Of a stretch of 64,000 bases of DNA, positions 1 through 12,940 are shown in pieces (within the stretch, counting starts at the first letter, position 1; each line of letters begins with the position of its first letter). Below the pieces are notes generated by a model, which saw only the letters and a program-made list of their open reading frames with translations, had not been told where the DNA came from and searched no databases. Both the position numbers and the translations under genes were made by a program. Source of the DNA: Octopus sinensis (taxonomy: Eukaryota); the NCBI RefSeq assembly GCF_006345805.1, contig NC_043015.1, forward strand, positions 14,198,001 to 14,262,000. Reading direction: 5' to 3'.

Positions 1-236
1 TATTACACAACCCTGCATATTGCCTGCAATATTTAACTTTTAGTGAATTTTTCAATGTGCAAATGCCTGGGAAACCAAATTCATTTTGCAGTTTTTAATT
101 TCTGATGGTAACCAACCATTTCACTGTACATTGTTCTTGAGAAAAGTATGAGTGTTACAGTATGAGTGTTACAGGCTCTTTAAGTCTCTGACTTTTTGTA
201 CCTATGTAATTAGTCAACATTTCTGTATTTTCCAAG

Positions 237-362
237 GAACTCCGTGATGGCTACAATTATGGATTGTATTGTCCTCCCCAAAATGGTAAAGCTGGGAAAT
301 TTCTTGATGAAGAAAGATTACTCAGAGAATACCCTTTGTCAGGTCCTATTGGGTACCTGGAA
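237..362 (+). CDS. Shank: Shank exon, C-terminal part of SPN (ubiquitin-like) domain; upstream exons outside window
   Basis: tccaag|GAA...GAA|gtaagt; 126 nt, phase 0/0; ELRDGYNYGLYCPPQNGKAGKFLDEERLLREYPLSGPIGYLE matches the Shank hallmark NYGLxxP..NG..GKFLDEERLLREYP. Confidence 0.97.
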
Positions 363-484
363 GTAAGTTTGTACACTTTTCTTGTTTTATTTTGATTGTT
401 CTTTTTCTAAAACCATTCATCTTAACATTGTAATCTTTGTTAAGATTTGGAGATTTATATTCATATTCTTTCTGGATTTTTCAG

Positions 485-556
485 TTCAAATTTAAACGTC
501 GTGTTTACAGAAGTATGGAACTCAACACAAGGAAACTAAAGCAAATACATAATAAA
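485..556 (+). CDS. Shank: Shank exon, SPN-ANK linker
   Basis: tttcag|TTC...AAA|gtaagc; 72 nt; FKFKRRVYRSMELNTRKLKQIHNK, cf. vertebrate FRYKKRVY...KQLAKLHTK. Confidence 0.95.
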
Positions 557-2040
557 GTAAGCATAAAGCATTAAAGTAATTATTTATTCCTAATAAATTC
601 ACAGTTTAGAGACTTTCGTTTGCCAGTAGATGTTCTGAATCCTTCCCAATTTTAGCAAAACATTATGTACCTTTGACAATGACATTTCATTCAATTTTGG
701 AGAATTATTCTATTCTCCATTCTTCAAGACAGGTGTTTTGTATTTGTTTTTAAACAGTACATAAAGTTTCCTCCTTAGCACTGAACCTCACTTTTGATGC
801 ATGTAATGATTCTCTCCTAGATATTCCATTCCTAGCTCTCCTTCTCTGTTCACAGCCTTAAGTATTTGCACCCTCAAATACTCTAACTAAATAGTTTGCC
901 TTGATGGTATGGTATCCAGCTCAAAGAAAATAAACGTTCTTTAGTTGGTCCTTGTCATCAGAATACTCTTACCTCTCTCTAATATACCATCTCTTTCTGT
1001 TTTCTTCAACCATCCCAACTACAAGCTTTTCAGATCTTATGAGAATCCATGCTAACTACCTCACTTATCTTATAAACTAGAGATGGCTTCCTCTTGAAAG
1101 TTTTGATGAAAGCACAGTTGTGATTCTTGCCAGTCTCACAAAAGACTTCAAACATGTCTAATAAGAATCATTTGGCAAAGGTGCCTCACCATAAGTTCTA
1201 TCAAACACTAACCGCTTGTGTAACCTTTTTGTATCTTATTAACACATATATTTCTATACTGAATATATTGATAGTCTACACTTCTCTTTGATCTTCTGCT
1301 TACATGCTTTATTCATACACATATTTTATCATCTCTTATTAGCCCTGCTAATAAGAGATGATAATGTTCTCCATTAAATGCATCCAACAATAGGGACTTG
1401 ACAATTTAATTTTACTCTACAACATCAAAACGCAAACTTTATTCATCTCCAGGAAATAAACCATCAACATTGCATTTCTACTTGTGAATAATTCAAAACC
1501 GAAACTATTACATTTCATCAAAATGCCATTCTTCACAACTTCTGATACCTTGTTATGGCAATCACATCTTTTATAACATATCCCAAGTTACACACCAAGG
1601 ACCAAGCTCTCTTTGCAGAACAAAGAAATATTTTAACCTTGAACAGCTTTTGACCTTTTACAATATATGAATATGCCTTACACCTGAATAATATCCACAT
1701 TCTGAAACGGCAACCACCACATTTTCAATTATAATGCAACAAAACACTTTGAAGCAATCTTCCATTTACCTTCAAGTTCAAACATGCCCTATCATTTAGC
1801 ATTTTTTTCTTTGTATTTATTTTATTGCCTCTGCATCCTCTTCTTCTGTTAATGAACTTGCTTTTGTTTATTTATCCCCATTTAATAGATTATCCAACCA
1901 CTTCTTTTGCATCCCAATTCTTACATTCTATCTCAATATTTTCCTCATTTCTTCTCTAAAATTTGATACATGTGAAACTGACCAATTACTTGCTTTTCTT
2001 ATTCAGCCACTCACCTGTTACAATATTTCTCTTCCATTAA

Positions 2041-2257
2041 GGCAGCAAGCTGGCAGAATTGTAAATACACTGAGCAAAATACTTAGTGGCATTTCATCCA
2101 TTTTTATATTCTGAGTTCAAGTTCTGTTGAGGTTGACTTGCCTTTCATTCTTTAGGGGTTGATAAAATAAGTACCAGTTGAGCACTAGTGTCAATATAAT
2201 CAACTTCCCCTTCCCCTCATAATTGCTGGCCTTGTGCCAAAATTTGAAATCAATATT
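2041..2257 (+). mobile_element. SINE-like repeat family D
   Basis: ggcagcaagctggcagaa...gagttcaa (B-box-like)...gataaaataagtaccagttg...aatttgaaatcaatatt; copies at 10557, 10798, 20890, 22455, 33985, 39812. Confidence 0.75.
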
Positions 2258-2796
2258 TCTATCTTCCCATAGAATGCATAGAAATATTTTGACCCAAATC
2301 CCTCCCTACAAAAAAAAGTTAAAACGTTAATGTTTTCCTTAATTTTCTTAGACACCTTGACTGTGCACCACACTTTCATGCTGTGTATCAGGAAACGTAT
2401 ATATTTCATTTTTGTCGAGCATTTAACTTTGATATGGTTTCAGATCCTACCAAATAGAATCAAGCTCATAGTCTGATATTAATAAGGTTGATAGGTAATT
2501 TAGTGGGGACTAGTAAGAAAATGAAGAAGGTTGTAATTTTGTGAATCCATTCTATTTGTATTAACAGGTAAAAGTGAAGACATAAACCTGTTTAACCTAT
2601 GGTGGTGACAAAACCTGAAGCTTGAGCCAATAAAAATTATTTTATGATTCATCAGATAAATTTAAATTATTGAAACTTAAATGTTGATTAAAAATAAATG
2701 GGAGTGAAAAATAACCCCATGAATACTAGATTTAGGATTATATTTTATTTACTGCTCTATAATATTTGCTGTTATTATTTTATGTTATTCTTCCAG

Positions 2797-2905
2797 GCTA
2801 ATTTGAAACAATTTATAGATGCTGTTAAACATGGAAATAAAGAAAGAGTGGATAAATTTCTCACAAAAGGACTTGATCCAAATTATATTGATAGAGACAG
2901 TGGAG
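2797..2905 (+). CDS. Shank: Shank exon, ankyrin repeat region
   Basis: ttccag|GCT...GGA G|gtaag; 109 nt, phase 0/1; ANLKQFIDAVKHGNKERVDKFLTKGLDPNYIDRDSG. Confidence 0.97.
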
Positions 2906-3842
2906 GTAAGAAATTTCAAATAAGTTACTACCTTAATTTAATTTAGAGTACAAAATTGTATTACTTTACAAATATTTTATTTACTAAACAATTAGATCCA
3001 ATTCTGGGGATATTTTCAGAATGCTCTCTACTCCTTCTAGTCTGGTTGTGACAGAACAGTTTAATTCAGTCAATAGTTAGGCCTAGCTTGATTTACTAGT
3101 CTGCTATCAGACAGGTAAAATATTGAACCTGACCGAACTTCTATTTTTTTTTTTATTCTGTAACCCTTGTGTAATTCAACAAACCTGTGTAGTTTTCATT
3201 TCTAAAATGTTCAAGTTGACTGACCACTTACCATGTATACAAAATATACTGTTTCAGCGTGTGTAATCTTAGTGTTTTTAAAAGTATACTTAATGAGTAT
3301 TTGACTATTTCCATATTTATCATTTTGTCATATTCATGTATTTTTTCTCTGTTCTCTAAGTTTTAGATTAAAAATATATTTGTCTTAAATAATTTAAGGA
3401 CATCACTTGCCAAAAAAATCTAACAAACCCCTGAATAACAAATGATAAATTTTGATGTTGAAAAACTGGTTCCTTTCTATGACATTGCTATTAAATATCA
3501 TCAAATACAGTTATAACCAGACATGACAGAACTAGCAGTTATAGAGCTTATTTTTAATCTATACCATCTTCAACAATCTCTGTTGACTACCTTCATACCT
3601 GACTAGTGTTGAAGAAGTATATTTGTTTTGTTTTGTTTTGTTTTTTTGTTTTGCTTTTTTTATTCCCTCATTTTCTGGAATCTTCACTAATTTCATTGCA
3701 CATACAGGTACAGGCATGACCATATGGTTAAGAAGTTAGTTTCCCAACCACTTTGTTTTGAGTTCAGTCCCATTGCTGCAAGGTGGGAAAAAGCATCCAG
3801 TCAATTGTAGTAAATCTGCCTCAACAAATTTTCATCTAAAGA

Positions 3843-4092
3843 AGTGTTCTCAATTATTTTTAACCTCCTTTGAACTCCCATTTTACTTGCGTGGGACTTC
3901 ACAGCCATTTGATGTTTAAAAAAATCCTGTCGTATTTTTATAATTAGATATTGTTAAGAATTGTATAAATAAAAATAGTTAAAATATTTTAAGTATTGAA
4001 GTATTATAACTAATTTATTGCAAATAAAATTTAATAACAAAATCTTGTATGGACCGCTATGGGGTCATATGAACCCCGGTTGAGGACCACTG
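3843..4092. mobile_element. hAT-type MITE
   Basis: ends agtgttctcaa...ggttgaggaccactg; internal similarity to 6905-7067 and 18596-18915. Confidence 0.6.
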
Positions 4093-4367
4093 ACCGAAAC
4101 CACACCAGCATGGAAAAAAAGAATGGACATGAAAATGATGATGGAGAGAGTATCAGAGGCAGATCCTACTTACTCTTCCATTATCATTTTATGTTCATTT
4201 TTTTTCTCCATGCTGGTATGGATTAGATGAAGTTTTGTTTAGCAGCATTGGTGATGATGATGACAGCCCAAATGCTGATGACAATCTATTTCTAATTTTA
4301 TTGATTTAAACATTGTACCAAATACTAGCAGTGTTTTAGAGTTTATAGATTCATCATAGTTATTGAG

Positions 4368-4692
4368 AGAAGGCACATTGCTTAGTGGCTACGGTATTTG
4401 GCTGACGGTTGTAAGGTCATGAGTTTGAAACCCAGAGGCATGTTGTGTCCTTGACCACGACACTTTTTTTTTCTCATTGCTCCAGTCCAATTAACTGATA
4501 AAAATGAGTTGTACCAGTAATTCAAAGGGATCAGCCTTGTCACATTCTGTGTCATGCTGAATCTCCCTGAGAACTATGTTAAGCGTATGCACATCTGTGA
4601 AGTGCTCAGCCACTTACACGTTAATTTCACAAGCAAGCTGTTGGTTGATTGTATCAGCTGGAAAACTAGTTGTCATAATTGATGGAGAGCCT
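4368..4692 (+). mobile_element. tRNA-derived SINE family B
   Basis: A/B-box-like head, tgtgtccttga..acac central block and 3' part shared with 14729, 18142, 36493; ends ~95 nt upstream of an exon. Confidence 0.8.
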
Positions 4693-4786
4693 TGCCATAG
4701 TTACTGAGAACATTCCAATTGTTTTTGAATTCATGATTTAAATTCAACTTTGTTTTTCTTTTTTTTTTTCTTTTTTTTTTTTACAG

Positions 4787-4944
4787 AAACTCCTTTGACA
4801 TTATCATGTACCCTTGGTTCAGATAAGTCTCGCAGTATGATTATTACTTTGGTCAGTGGAGGAGCTCATATGGATTTTCGCAATAGACATGGTTTCACAC
4901 CTATGCATAAAAGTGCCATATGTTCTAACCGTGAATCAATAAAG
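4787..4944 (+). CDS. Shank: Shank exon, ankyrin repeats
   Basis: long poly-T tract ttacag|AA ACT...AAG|gttggc; 158 nt, phase 1/0; ETPLTLSCTLGSDKSRSMIITLVSGGAHMDFRNRHGFTPMHKSAICSNRESIK. Confidence 0.97.
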
Positions 4945-5093
4945 GTTGGCATCTTTTCTTAATATACATGCAAATCTCAAGTGACAATTGTTTTTTCTTG
5001 TTTCATGCACCTAAAATAAAAACTATAAATTTTAGTGAAATATAAAAGCATGAGATTGTTCAGAATGATATGATAGATTACTTACTGATTTTA

Positions 5094-5314
5094 TACGAGT
5101 GGGGTGCTGAAAAGTTCCTGGCTTTAAGGGTGCCACAAAAGGCCTGGTTGGTGGCTCAACCTTCTGGGTTCTTTTACAGGGCTTAGAAAAACTGAAGGAC
5201 TGCTGCAAAAAGTGTGTGAATCTGTGAGGGGAATATATTGAATAAAATCATAATTAACTGATCTTCTATATTTTCTTTTACCCAAAGCCAGGAACTTTTC
5301 AGCACCCACTCACA
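5094..5314. mobile_element. mariner-derived MITE
   Basis: TIRs TACGAGTGGGGTGCTGAAAAGTTCCTGGC / GCCAGGAACTTTTCAGCACCC; interior encodes mariner C-terminus GLEKLKDCCKKCVNL*GEYIE*; second copy at 34827. Confidence 0.85.
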
Positions 5315-5614
5315 GTGTTACTTTTGAAATTTGTTTTTAAATATGGAAAATGTTTCCAAATCTCTGAAAGATGTATAACCAATAACTTATAATAAACTGA
5401 AAATATAAAACCAGTATATTTTGTAAGCTGCATTTATACAAGGTTAAGTGAAAGCTAATAATACAGTAGTACATTTGAAATCATCTAGATTTCCAGATAT
5501 GTGGATTTATGAATATAGATAATTCTAACATAACACTGAAAATTAGAGATGATGATGATTTGTAAATATGAATATCCAGCAACGAAATCATAAAAGTAAG
5601 CTATAAATTTCTGA

Positions 5615-5815
5615 GACACATACGTTCTGTCTGTCTGTGTGTGTGTCTTCTAAGATCTCGGGCATCCTCCATCCGATTGCGCTCAAATTTGATATGTAGA
5701 TACCGACGGTATCAGGGCGTGTATAAGTCTTGAAAAAATTACAAAAATCAATTCCAGGTGAGAATGTGATCGATAAAGCCATGGGAACGTGCATTTGTAC
5801 GTACAATAAAATCGT
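5615..5815. mobile_element. possible DINE-1/Helentron-like non-autonomous element fragment
   Basis: ctgtctgtctgtgtg...atctcggg..catccgattgcgctcaaatttg; CpG-rich; similar architecture at 55880-56010. Confidence 0.3.
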
Positions 5816-6427
5816 TTTTCTTTAGAACAGAAAAAAAGTCTATCTTTATTTCTTCTTTTGCTGGTTTCTCAAATTTAGGTTAAATCAGTGTTTCTTAAAG
5901 GGGAGGCCTATGGGACGGTTGGACAAGTTGTTTTGAGAAAATTTGGTTTAAACATTTGACAACTCAGCACTGTCCATTGGATGGAGGGGGGCGCGTTTTG
6001 CTTGTATATATATATATATACATATATATATAACATATCTGTAATATTTATCAGAAGGCTTGTAGTATGCATTGGTAACCTAAGCAACAAATCCTATGGT
6101 TTTATTTGATATTGCTCATCATATATTGGGCCATACCAACCATTAAAACATTTAATTTAATGAACCACATGTGTAGTATCCAGTAAACCATATACTACAC
6201 TAAGCAAATCATAGAAATTTGATTGAAAGTGTGAGTGAATGAGAAATAGAAACAAACTATTTCAAATCAACTGAGTTGAACCTAAAGAATGCCACAAAAT
6301 GTTATTAAAAAGTTGGGTTTACATAAACATGCTATTATTCATGTCAGAAAGGGTCACATGTCACTGGAGTTCCCAAGGGTACCCAGTCCTGGTTTATAGT
6401 GATATATCTATCTCTTCTTATATATAT

Positions 6428-6775
6428 ATATTTACTTGTTTCAGTCATTTGTCTGCATCCATGCTATGGCTCTGCCTTGAAGGGTTTTAATCGAACAAAT
6501 CAACCCTTGAATTGTTTTTATTGTAAGCTTGGTACATATTTTATCAGTCTCTTTTGCCGAACTGCTAAGTCATGGATATGTAAGCACACCAACACTGCTT
6601 GTCAAGCAGTGGTGAGGGACAAACACACACACACACACATATTTATACAATGGGCTTCTTTCAATTTCCATCTACCAAATCCACTCACAAGACTTTGGTC
6701 AACCCAAGGCTAAGTAGAAGACACTTGCCCAAGGTACCATGCAGCAGGAATAACCTGAAACTATATTGTTGCAAT
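6428..6775 (-). mobile_element. tRNA-derived SINE family A
   Basis: reverse complement of the family A consensus (see 7476). Confidence 0.8.
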
Positions 6776-6904
6776 TATGTTAAAATGTCGTATGTCCAAA
6801 TTTAGCCAAATGCATTTTTTTTTTTCAATATCTAATTTTGTTGCAAAAGCTGATTCTGTTGGTCAAACTATCGTATCTCCGGCTGCTTCAGATTGAAAAA
6901 GTGC

Positions 6905-7067
6905 AATAAATTAGTTATAAAATACTTTAACAATATTTTTTAATACAATTCTTAATAATTATAAAAATGCAATGGGATTTTTTAAAACATTGAATGGCTA
7001 TGGGGATCCACCCAAGTACGGTAAGAATCAAAGGGGTCCATAGGCAAAAAGTGATTGAAAGCCATTG
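6905..7067. mobile_element. hAT-type MITE remnant
   Basis: caaaggggtccataggcaaaaagtgattgaaagccattg is the reverse complement of the left end of 18596-18915. Confidence 0.5.
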
Positions 7068-7475
7068 CTTTGAAATGATTTGAGTGAATTATCAGAATAA
7101 CTAGTAAATCATTTCATGATTGACTGTCATACATCAAAGACAAAAAGATAGAAAAGAAAAGAATCAAAACAAACATTTTTGTGAATAAGTATAACAGGTA
7201 TTCAAAATGATTGTAAATTTGCTGCACAGATGTATAAAAGTGTGAATGTGAGAGCTTAATATTCATCAATATAGCTTTATGTTCTTGAGGTGTTAATAAT
7301 AGAAAAGTGAAGCCAACCCCATAAGTCATATTTTCATTAGCTTTGAACTTGCTTTGTATATATCTACAGAAAAAACACTTGGTTAAAAAATGTAAAATGA
7401 AATAAAATCTAAATTCAAAAGTGAATTCAAGAGTAATACATATTGTATTACTTTTATACATCTGTGCAGCAAAAA

Positions 7476-7875
7476 GGCGCAGGAGTGGCTGTGTGGTAAG
7501 TAGCTTGCTTACCAACCACATGGTTCCGGGTTCAGTCCCACTGCGTGGCACCTTGGGCAAGTGTCTTCTACTATAGCCTCGGGCCGACCAAAGCCTTGTG
7601 AGTGGATTTGGTAGACAGAAACTGAAAGAAGCCCGTCGTATATATATGTATATATATATATATGTGCGTGTGTGTTTGTGTGTCTGTGTTTGTCCCCCTA
7701 GCATTGTTTGACAACTGATGCTGATGTGTTTACGTCCCCGTCACTTAGCGGTTCGGCAAAAGAGACCGATAGAATAAGTACTGGGCTTACAAAGAATAAG
7801 TCCCGGGGTCGAGTTGCTCGATTAAAGGTGGTGCTCCAGCATGGCCGCAGTCAAATGACTGAAACAAGTAAAAGA
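7476..7875 (+). mobile_element. tRNA-derived SINE family A, young copy
   Basis: A box TGGCTGTGTGG, B box GGTTCAGTCCC, CORE-like accttgggcaagtg, internal (TA/TG)n, tail gtcaaatgactgaaacaagtaaaaga; CpGs retained. Confidence 0.9.
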
Positions 7876-8407
7876 GAAAAAAAGAGAGAGAGAGCTATCT
7901 CTGGAAACTGCCTTATATTGAATCAGCTATGCGTTACAGAAATAGTTTGTAACCTATTTAGAATTAAATAAGAAGGACCCTTAAAACTCAGTGTGCGTTA
8001 GGTTTACAGTCATTAATTATTTTATAAGAGTGTAGATAATTTGAGTTGATAAGGTTTTGGACAACCAGCCAAGAGTCGGATAATTTATATTTATTGGTAT
8101 CAGCATGGAATAGTGTCTATGGCCAAGACACTCAGTTTTTAAATAATTCAATCTATCTAGATGGATATGAATACAACTGGAGCCACTGACTGCAGTAAAC
8201 AGTAGGAGCATTGTAAAACTGATGAGTGGTTTGTTAATTTGCAATGCAGAACCATCTCCAGTGTTCACCCATTTATGTCAGTTTGTCTTGCCAATGGATC
8301 CAGTCAATAGTTTATATTGAAACATTCACAATATTTGATGCAAGATTTTCCTAAGTTCAAATTATTAAATCATATTGAAAAAAAGTCCCACGCATGTATA
8401 TACATAT

Positions 8408-8795
8408 GCAGGAGTGGCTGTGTGGTAAGTAGCTTGCTTACTAACCACATGGTTCCGGGTTCAGTCCCACTGCATGGCACCTTGGGCAAGTGTCTTTTAC
8501 TATAGTCTCAGGCCGACCAAAGCCTTGTGAGTGGATTTGGTAGACGGAAACTGAAAGAAGCCTGTCGTATATATGTACATATATATATGTATGTGTCTGT
8601 GTTTGTCCCCACCCCCCAACATCACTTGACAACTGATGCTAATGTGTTTACGTCCTCATAACTTAGCAGTTCGGCAAAAGAGACCGATAGAATAAGTATT
8701 AGGCTCACAAAGAATAAGTCCTTGGGTCGATTTGCTCAACTAAAGGCAGGACTCCAGCATGGCTGCAGTCAAATGACTGAAACAAGTAAAAGAGT
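8408..8795 (+). mobile_element. SINE family A
   Basis: near full-length match to 7476-7875. Confidence 0.9.
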
Positions 8796-9036
8796 AAGAC
8801 ATATGTATGATATATGTGTCTCCACTGCCACAGGTTCAACCATAAACCTGTCAGAGAGCTAATGGCAAAAATGATCAAGTATCAAATAATAGATTGCTTT
8901 CTTTGGACATAGACCTTACTTTTATTAACCCTTTTGCTTTTTTTTTCAAGCTATTTATTTAACTAAACCAAGTAAGAAAGATATTTTCAACACAGCCTAC
9001 ATATTATTTTATTGAGATCATACTTCTATTACACAG

Positions 9037-9201
9037 ACGCTGTTGGATTTGGGAGCTTCTCCCAACTATAAAGACTTGAGATATTTAACACCATTGTACT
9101 ATGTTGTCAGCAAAGACGATCCTGTTTGTGCAGAGCTGCTTTTGAATGAAAGGGCTATAATTGGAACCACAGATGAACAAGGATGGTTTGAGATTCACCA
9201 G
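9037..9201 (+). CDS. Shank: Shank exon, ankyrin repeats
   Basis: acacag|ACG...CAG|gtaaat; 165 nt; TLLDLGASPNYKDLRYLTPLYYVVSKDDPVCAELLLNERAIIGTTDEQGWFEIHQ. Confidence 0.97.
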
Positions 9202-9799
9202 GTAAATATAGAGTCATGCTAAACAGAATAAAACCTACTTTGCAATTTACACACCTACCTTAAACTATATTTTAAACCAATTACATTTCTTTGAAATCAT
9301 CTTAAATACACCTAAGTGTCAAATCCAATTCTTTGATTCTGTGACTTGTATGTTCTTTGAATTTTATGGTATTTGTTTATGAGGCTCCTAAATTTATTTC
9401 TCACATCCAGTTACATCACACTACTACAGTTATTCAGTTGTCTCTTTTATAATTAATATCAAATATTTGTTATTTATAGAAGTTTCTTATTCAACATCTC
9501 CATAAAGTCGACAACGTAGAGACAAACATTTTAAGCTGTATATTTTGATGTACAGTTGGTTACTGCTATTCTGATTTACTTTTGATGTCTTGGGTGTGAG
9601 AAAACCTACTCAGCTGGGTTTGCAGGTGGTAAAATGGCTTCTAGATAAGGATTAACACTGAATATGGATCACACATAGATTTCCCTTTGGGAAAACATAG
9701 CACCCAACAGCCACCCTGACTAAAGATACAGAAGCCATGGGAAGCAGCATGGGAGATGTGCAGATTAGACAAAAGAACCAATGGTGATGCAGACAAATT

Positions 9800-10195
9800 G
9801 CTGGACAGAGGAACCAGACCACCACATTTCTGAAGTGTGTTGCATGTCTGTACCAGTGCAGTCTTTTCACTTGAATACTGCATCTGATTCCTCTTGTACC
9901 AAGCCTTTCTCTCAGTCCATTTTTCTCTCATCCTTCATGCACACAAACATCCATTGGCATATGCTCACTTTATTTCTTTCAAGCCTTCATACATCCCCTA
10001 CATTCAATACCCAGGTCTTGCTACCATGCATCATTGAATTTTGTACACAAACATAATCTATCCTTCAGTCAAAGAGAGAATCCTTTTGTTGCCAGCAGAG
10101 GTAGTAGTTCCCAGAACTTTCTTTAAACCTGTTTTTATTCTTACTATGCTTTTGAAACACCTTCTACTTTTGGTTTTGGCTACCTGGGTTATAAA
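9800..10195 (-). mobile_element. RTE-clade LINE fragment (ORF C-terminus), degraded
   Basis: minus strand reads LLPLLATKGFSL..KG.....VQNSMMHGSKTW; same family as 23067 and 36917. Confidence 0.75.
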
Positions 10196-10556
10196 TGCTT
10201 CTAAGTAATTCCGTGAAGTCTTCTAAGCATTAGAAAGAATTTTTTCACTGGTGCTCTTCATGCAAACTATTCTTGTGCATCTGCCAGAATGTCAACTGGC
10301 CTCTAATCTTAGTACAGCCTTTGTGTGCAATTATAGTTTACATAAGGCACACCATATGGAATTTTTATTTACTCCTTTTCTATACATCAGCCATTTCCCC
10401 AATGGGTGTAGAAAACTTTACCTTCATATATTATGTATTATATGCAGTGCTTTTTTTAAATCTTGATTTGGGTAGGAAAATCTGAAATTGCAGTTACACA
10501 TGGTATTTAAGAACACACAAAAAAACTGTTATATTCACTTTTCCTTTATAAACAAT

Positions 10557-10765
10557 AATATTGGTTTAAAATTTTGGCACAGAGCCAGTAACTTCAGAGA
10601 AGGGGTTAAGTCAATTAGGCCAACCTCAGTACTCAACTGGGACTTATTTCATCAACCAACAGCAAAATCAACCTCAGTGGAATTTGAACTCAGAATGTAA
10701 AAGATAGACGAAATGCCACTAAGCATATTGCCTGGCATGCTACCACTTCTGCCAGCTCATCACCT
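10557..10765 (-). mobile_element. SINE-like family D
   Basis: reverse complement of the 2041-2257 consensus. Confidence 0.75.
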
Positions 10766-10797
10766 TTTTATAGACAGTAATATTAAAAAGGTTCTTA

Positions 10798-10985
10798 GGG
10801 CAGTAGCTGGCAGAATTTTTAGCACATCAGGCAAAATGCTTAGCAGCATTTCGTCTGTCTTCACGTTCTGAATTCAAAATCCACCGAGGTCAACTTTGCC
10901 TTTCATCCTTCCAGGTTTGATAAAATCAGTACTAATTGATCCCTCGAAATTACTGACTTTGTGTCAAAAATTTGAAACCAATATT
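10798..10985 (+). mobile_element. SINE-like family D with ~18-bp TSD
   Basis: flanked by aatattaaaa(a)ggttctta at 10779-10797 and 10980-10997. Confidence 0.8.
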
Positions 10986-11109
10986 AAAAGGTTCTTAAAT
11001 GGCTTATTAACTCAATTAACGCATAACTTCATTTTTGTATCTGACTCTCCCCAGACACAATATAAAGCATAACTGTTAATTCACAAATACATTTCGATTT
11101 ATATTTTAG

Positions 11110-11226
11110 GCCTGCCGCAGTGGCAAAGTTCAGATTTTGGAACATTTAATATATTATGGAGCTGACATGGATGTGCAGAATGCAAGTGGAAATACACCAT
11201 TGCATGTTTGTGCAGTTACAAATCAG
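11110..11226 (+). CDS. Shank: Shank exon, ankyrin repeats
   Basis: ttttag|GCC...CAG|gtttgt; 117 nt; ACRSGKVQILEHLIYYGADMDVQNASGNTPLHVCAVTNQ. Confidence 0.97.
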
Positions 11227-11404
11227 GTTTGTGATTTCAGAATAAAATTAGTTTATAATTTTGTCAGCTTAAGCACCATTAATTCATTCTAAAAATGATT
11301 TTCATTTATTGAATATCGAAAAGTTTTATACAGGTTTATGTTTCCCATTTAAAAAAGAAAATTTTGGCTTAATATTACTGATTATTACTAATCCCTGTGT
11401 GTGT

Positions 11405-11630
11405 ATAAACCACCACCATCATCATCATTGTCATCAACATCATCATTTTCATTGTCGTCATCATTTTCATCATCTTGATCATCTTTGTCATCACCTTCAT
11501 CATCATAGTCACCATTATCTTCATCATCATCATTATTATCGTCTTCATCAACATCCTCATAACCATTGTCATCATCATCTTCATCATCATCATCGTGATC
11601 AGGAGCAGCATGATTATCATCATCATTGTT
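11405..11630. repeat. degenerate (CAT)n trinucleotide tract
   Basis: CAT/CAC-rich low-complexity block; expanded tail of an adjacent minus-strand LINE-tail element; source of spurious His-, Met- and Ile-rich ORFs. Confidence 0.9.
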
Positions 11631-11974
11631 TTAATGTCTACTTTTCCATGCTTGCATGAGTCAGAAAACTCTGACCCATGCAACCAGAGTTTTCTTTGAC
11701 TGGATACCCTCCTTGCCATCAACACTTGGCTTCCAAATGAGGTAATATTATTCCAGCCCATCCAACAACAAACATCTCAGACATATTTATAAGGAGAAAG
11801 AACTGCAAACAAATGACATCATGTGAAGGAGGCTTCTGTTTAGAAGAATCTTGCAACATGTCAAGACATCTCAAGAAACTTGGACAAACAAATGCACTAT
11901 TTACAAACAGCAAAGAACACACATGTAGATGAGGGAAACTCACTTAGGCATAAAAAACACATAGAGATAAATAT

Positions 11975-12330
11975 CATTCATCATCATCATCATCATCATC
12001 ACTGTCATCATTTAACATCTATTTTCCATGCTGTCATGGGTTGGATGGTTTGACAGGAGCTGGTAAGGGCCACACCAGGCTCCATTGCCTGTTCTAGCAT
12101 GGTTTTTATGGCTGGATGCCCCTCCTAACACCAACCACTTTACAGAGTGCACTGGTGCTTTTAACATGATACCAGTATCAATTCTGCTATAGTGGATAGG
12201 TCTTCTTGAGAACAGCAAGGTGCCAGACACCTCAGTCCTTTGTCATCTCTTTCATAAGGTACAGTGTCTTGAGATCAGCTTTCAACACTTCGTCCCATGT
12301 ATATATACAAATATATAAGGGACTTTGTCT
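11975..12330 (-). mobile_element. LINE 3' tail fragment ending in (GAT)n
   Basis: catcatcat..tttaacatctattttccatgc..gggttggatggtttgac..gctggatgcccctcctaacaccaacc; matches the 3' end of the LINE at 38600-38803. Confidence 0.75.
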
Positions 12331-12940
12331 TTTATATATTTAAGAGAGATAGGTAGTTAGGTACTTCTCAAAGCAGCTCAACCTGGAGAGACACTCTGAT
12401 CTTCAAGTTATCCATTCTGTCAAGTAACATTATGCCAGAAATCTTTCAGTGGATCCCCATTTTGGCCCCTTGTATGTATTCATGATTGTACACTTTCAGT
12501 CATTACTCAACACACATAACTATAGGTGGGGACAAGTACAAAAGCCAAACTAAAGATAACAAATTTGGCTTTTTATTTGCTAAAACCAATAAAATATTAG
12601 TGACAGGGCTATTGTTTCTTCTTGTTCACTGCAGAAGTATTTCTGATTAAGTATTTATTACTCATTACATTAAGTATATCAAAACTATCTTAACTATTAA
12701 TTTGAACAGCTTTGTCTCTGATTGCTTGTGCTTTATTACGCTTTATTTACTTTTCCTGTAGAAATATGACAGCTAAAAATAGTGGTTGCGTAAATCTTTT
12801 ATCTTGAAGTAAATATGACCACATTATCTAAGTTCTATTGAGAAATTGAATGGAAATAGCTAAGTAATGGCATTGATTAAATTAATGATATTCAGTTTCA
12901 AAACATTGTTTGTATATGATGTGTGTTGTTTATATTGCAG

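Noticed and set aside
1100-1800. Possible ancient CR1/L2-type RT remnant (KSFGKVPHHK-like)
   Set aside because: Only one short motif is recognisable; too degraded to call.
11309-11761. His-rich, Met-rich and Ile-rich ORFs
   Set aside because: All are translations of the (CAT)n tract; no splice or homology support.
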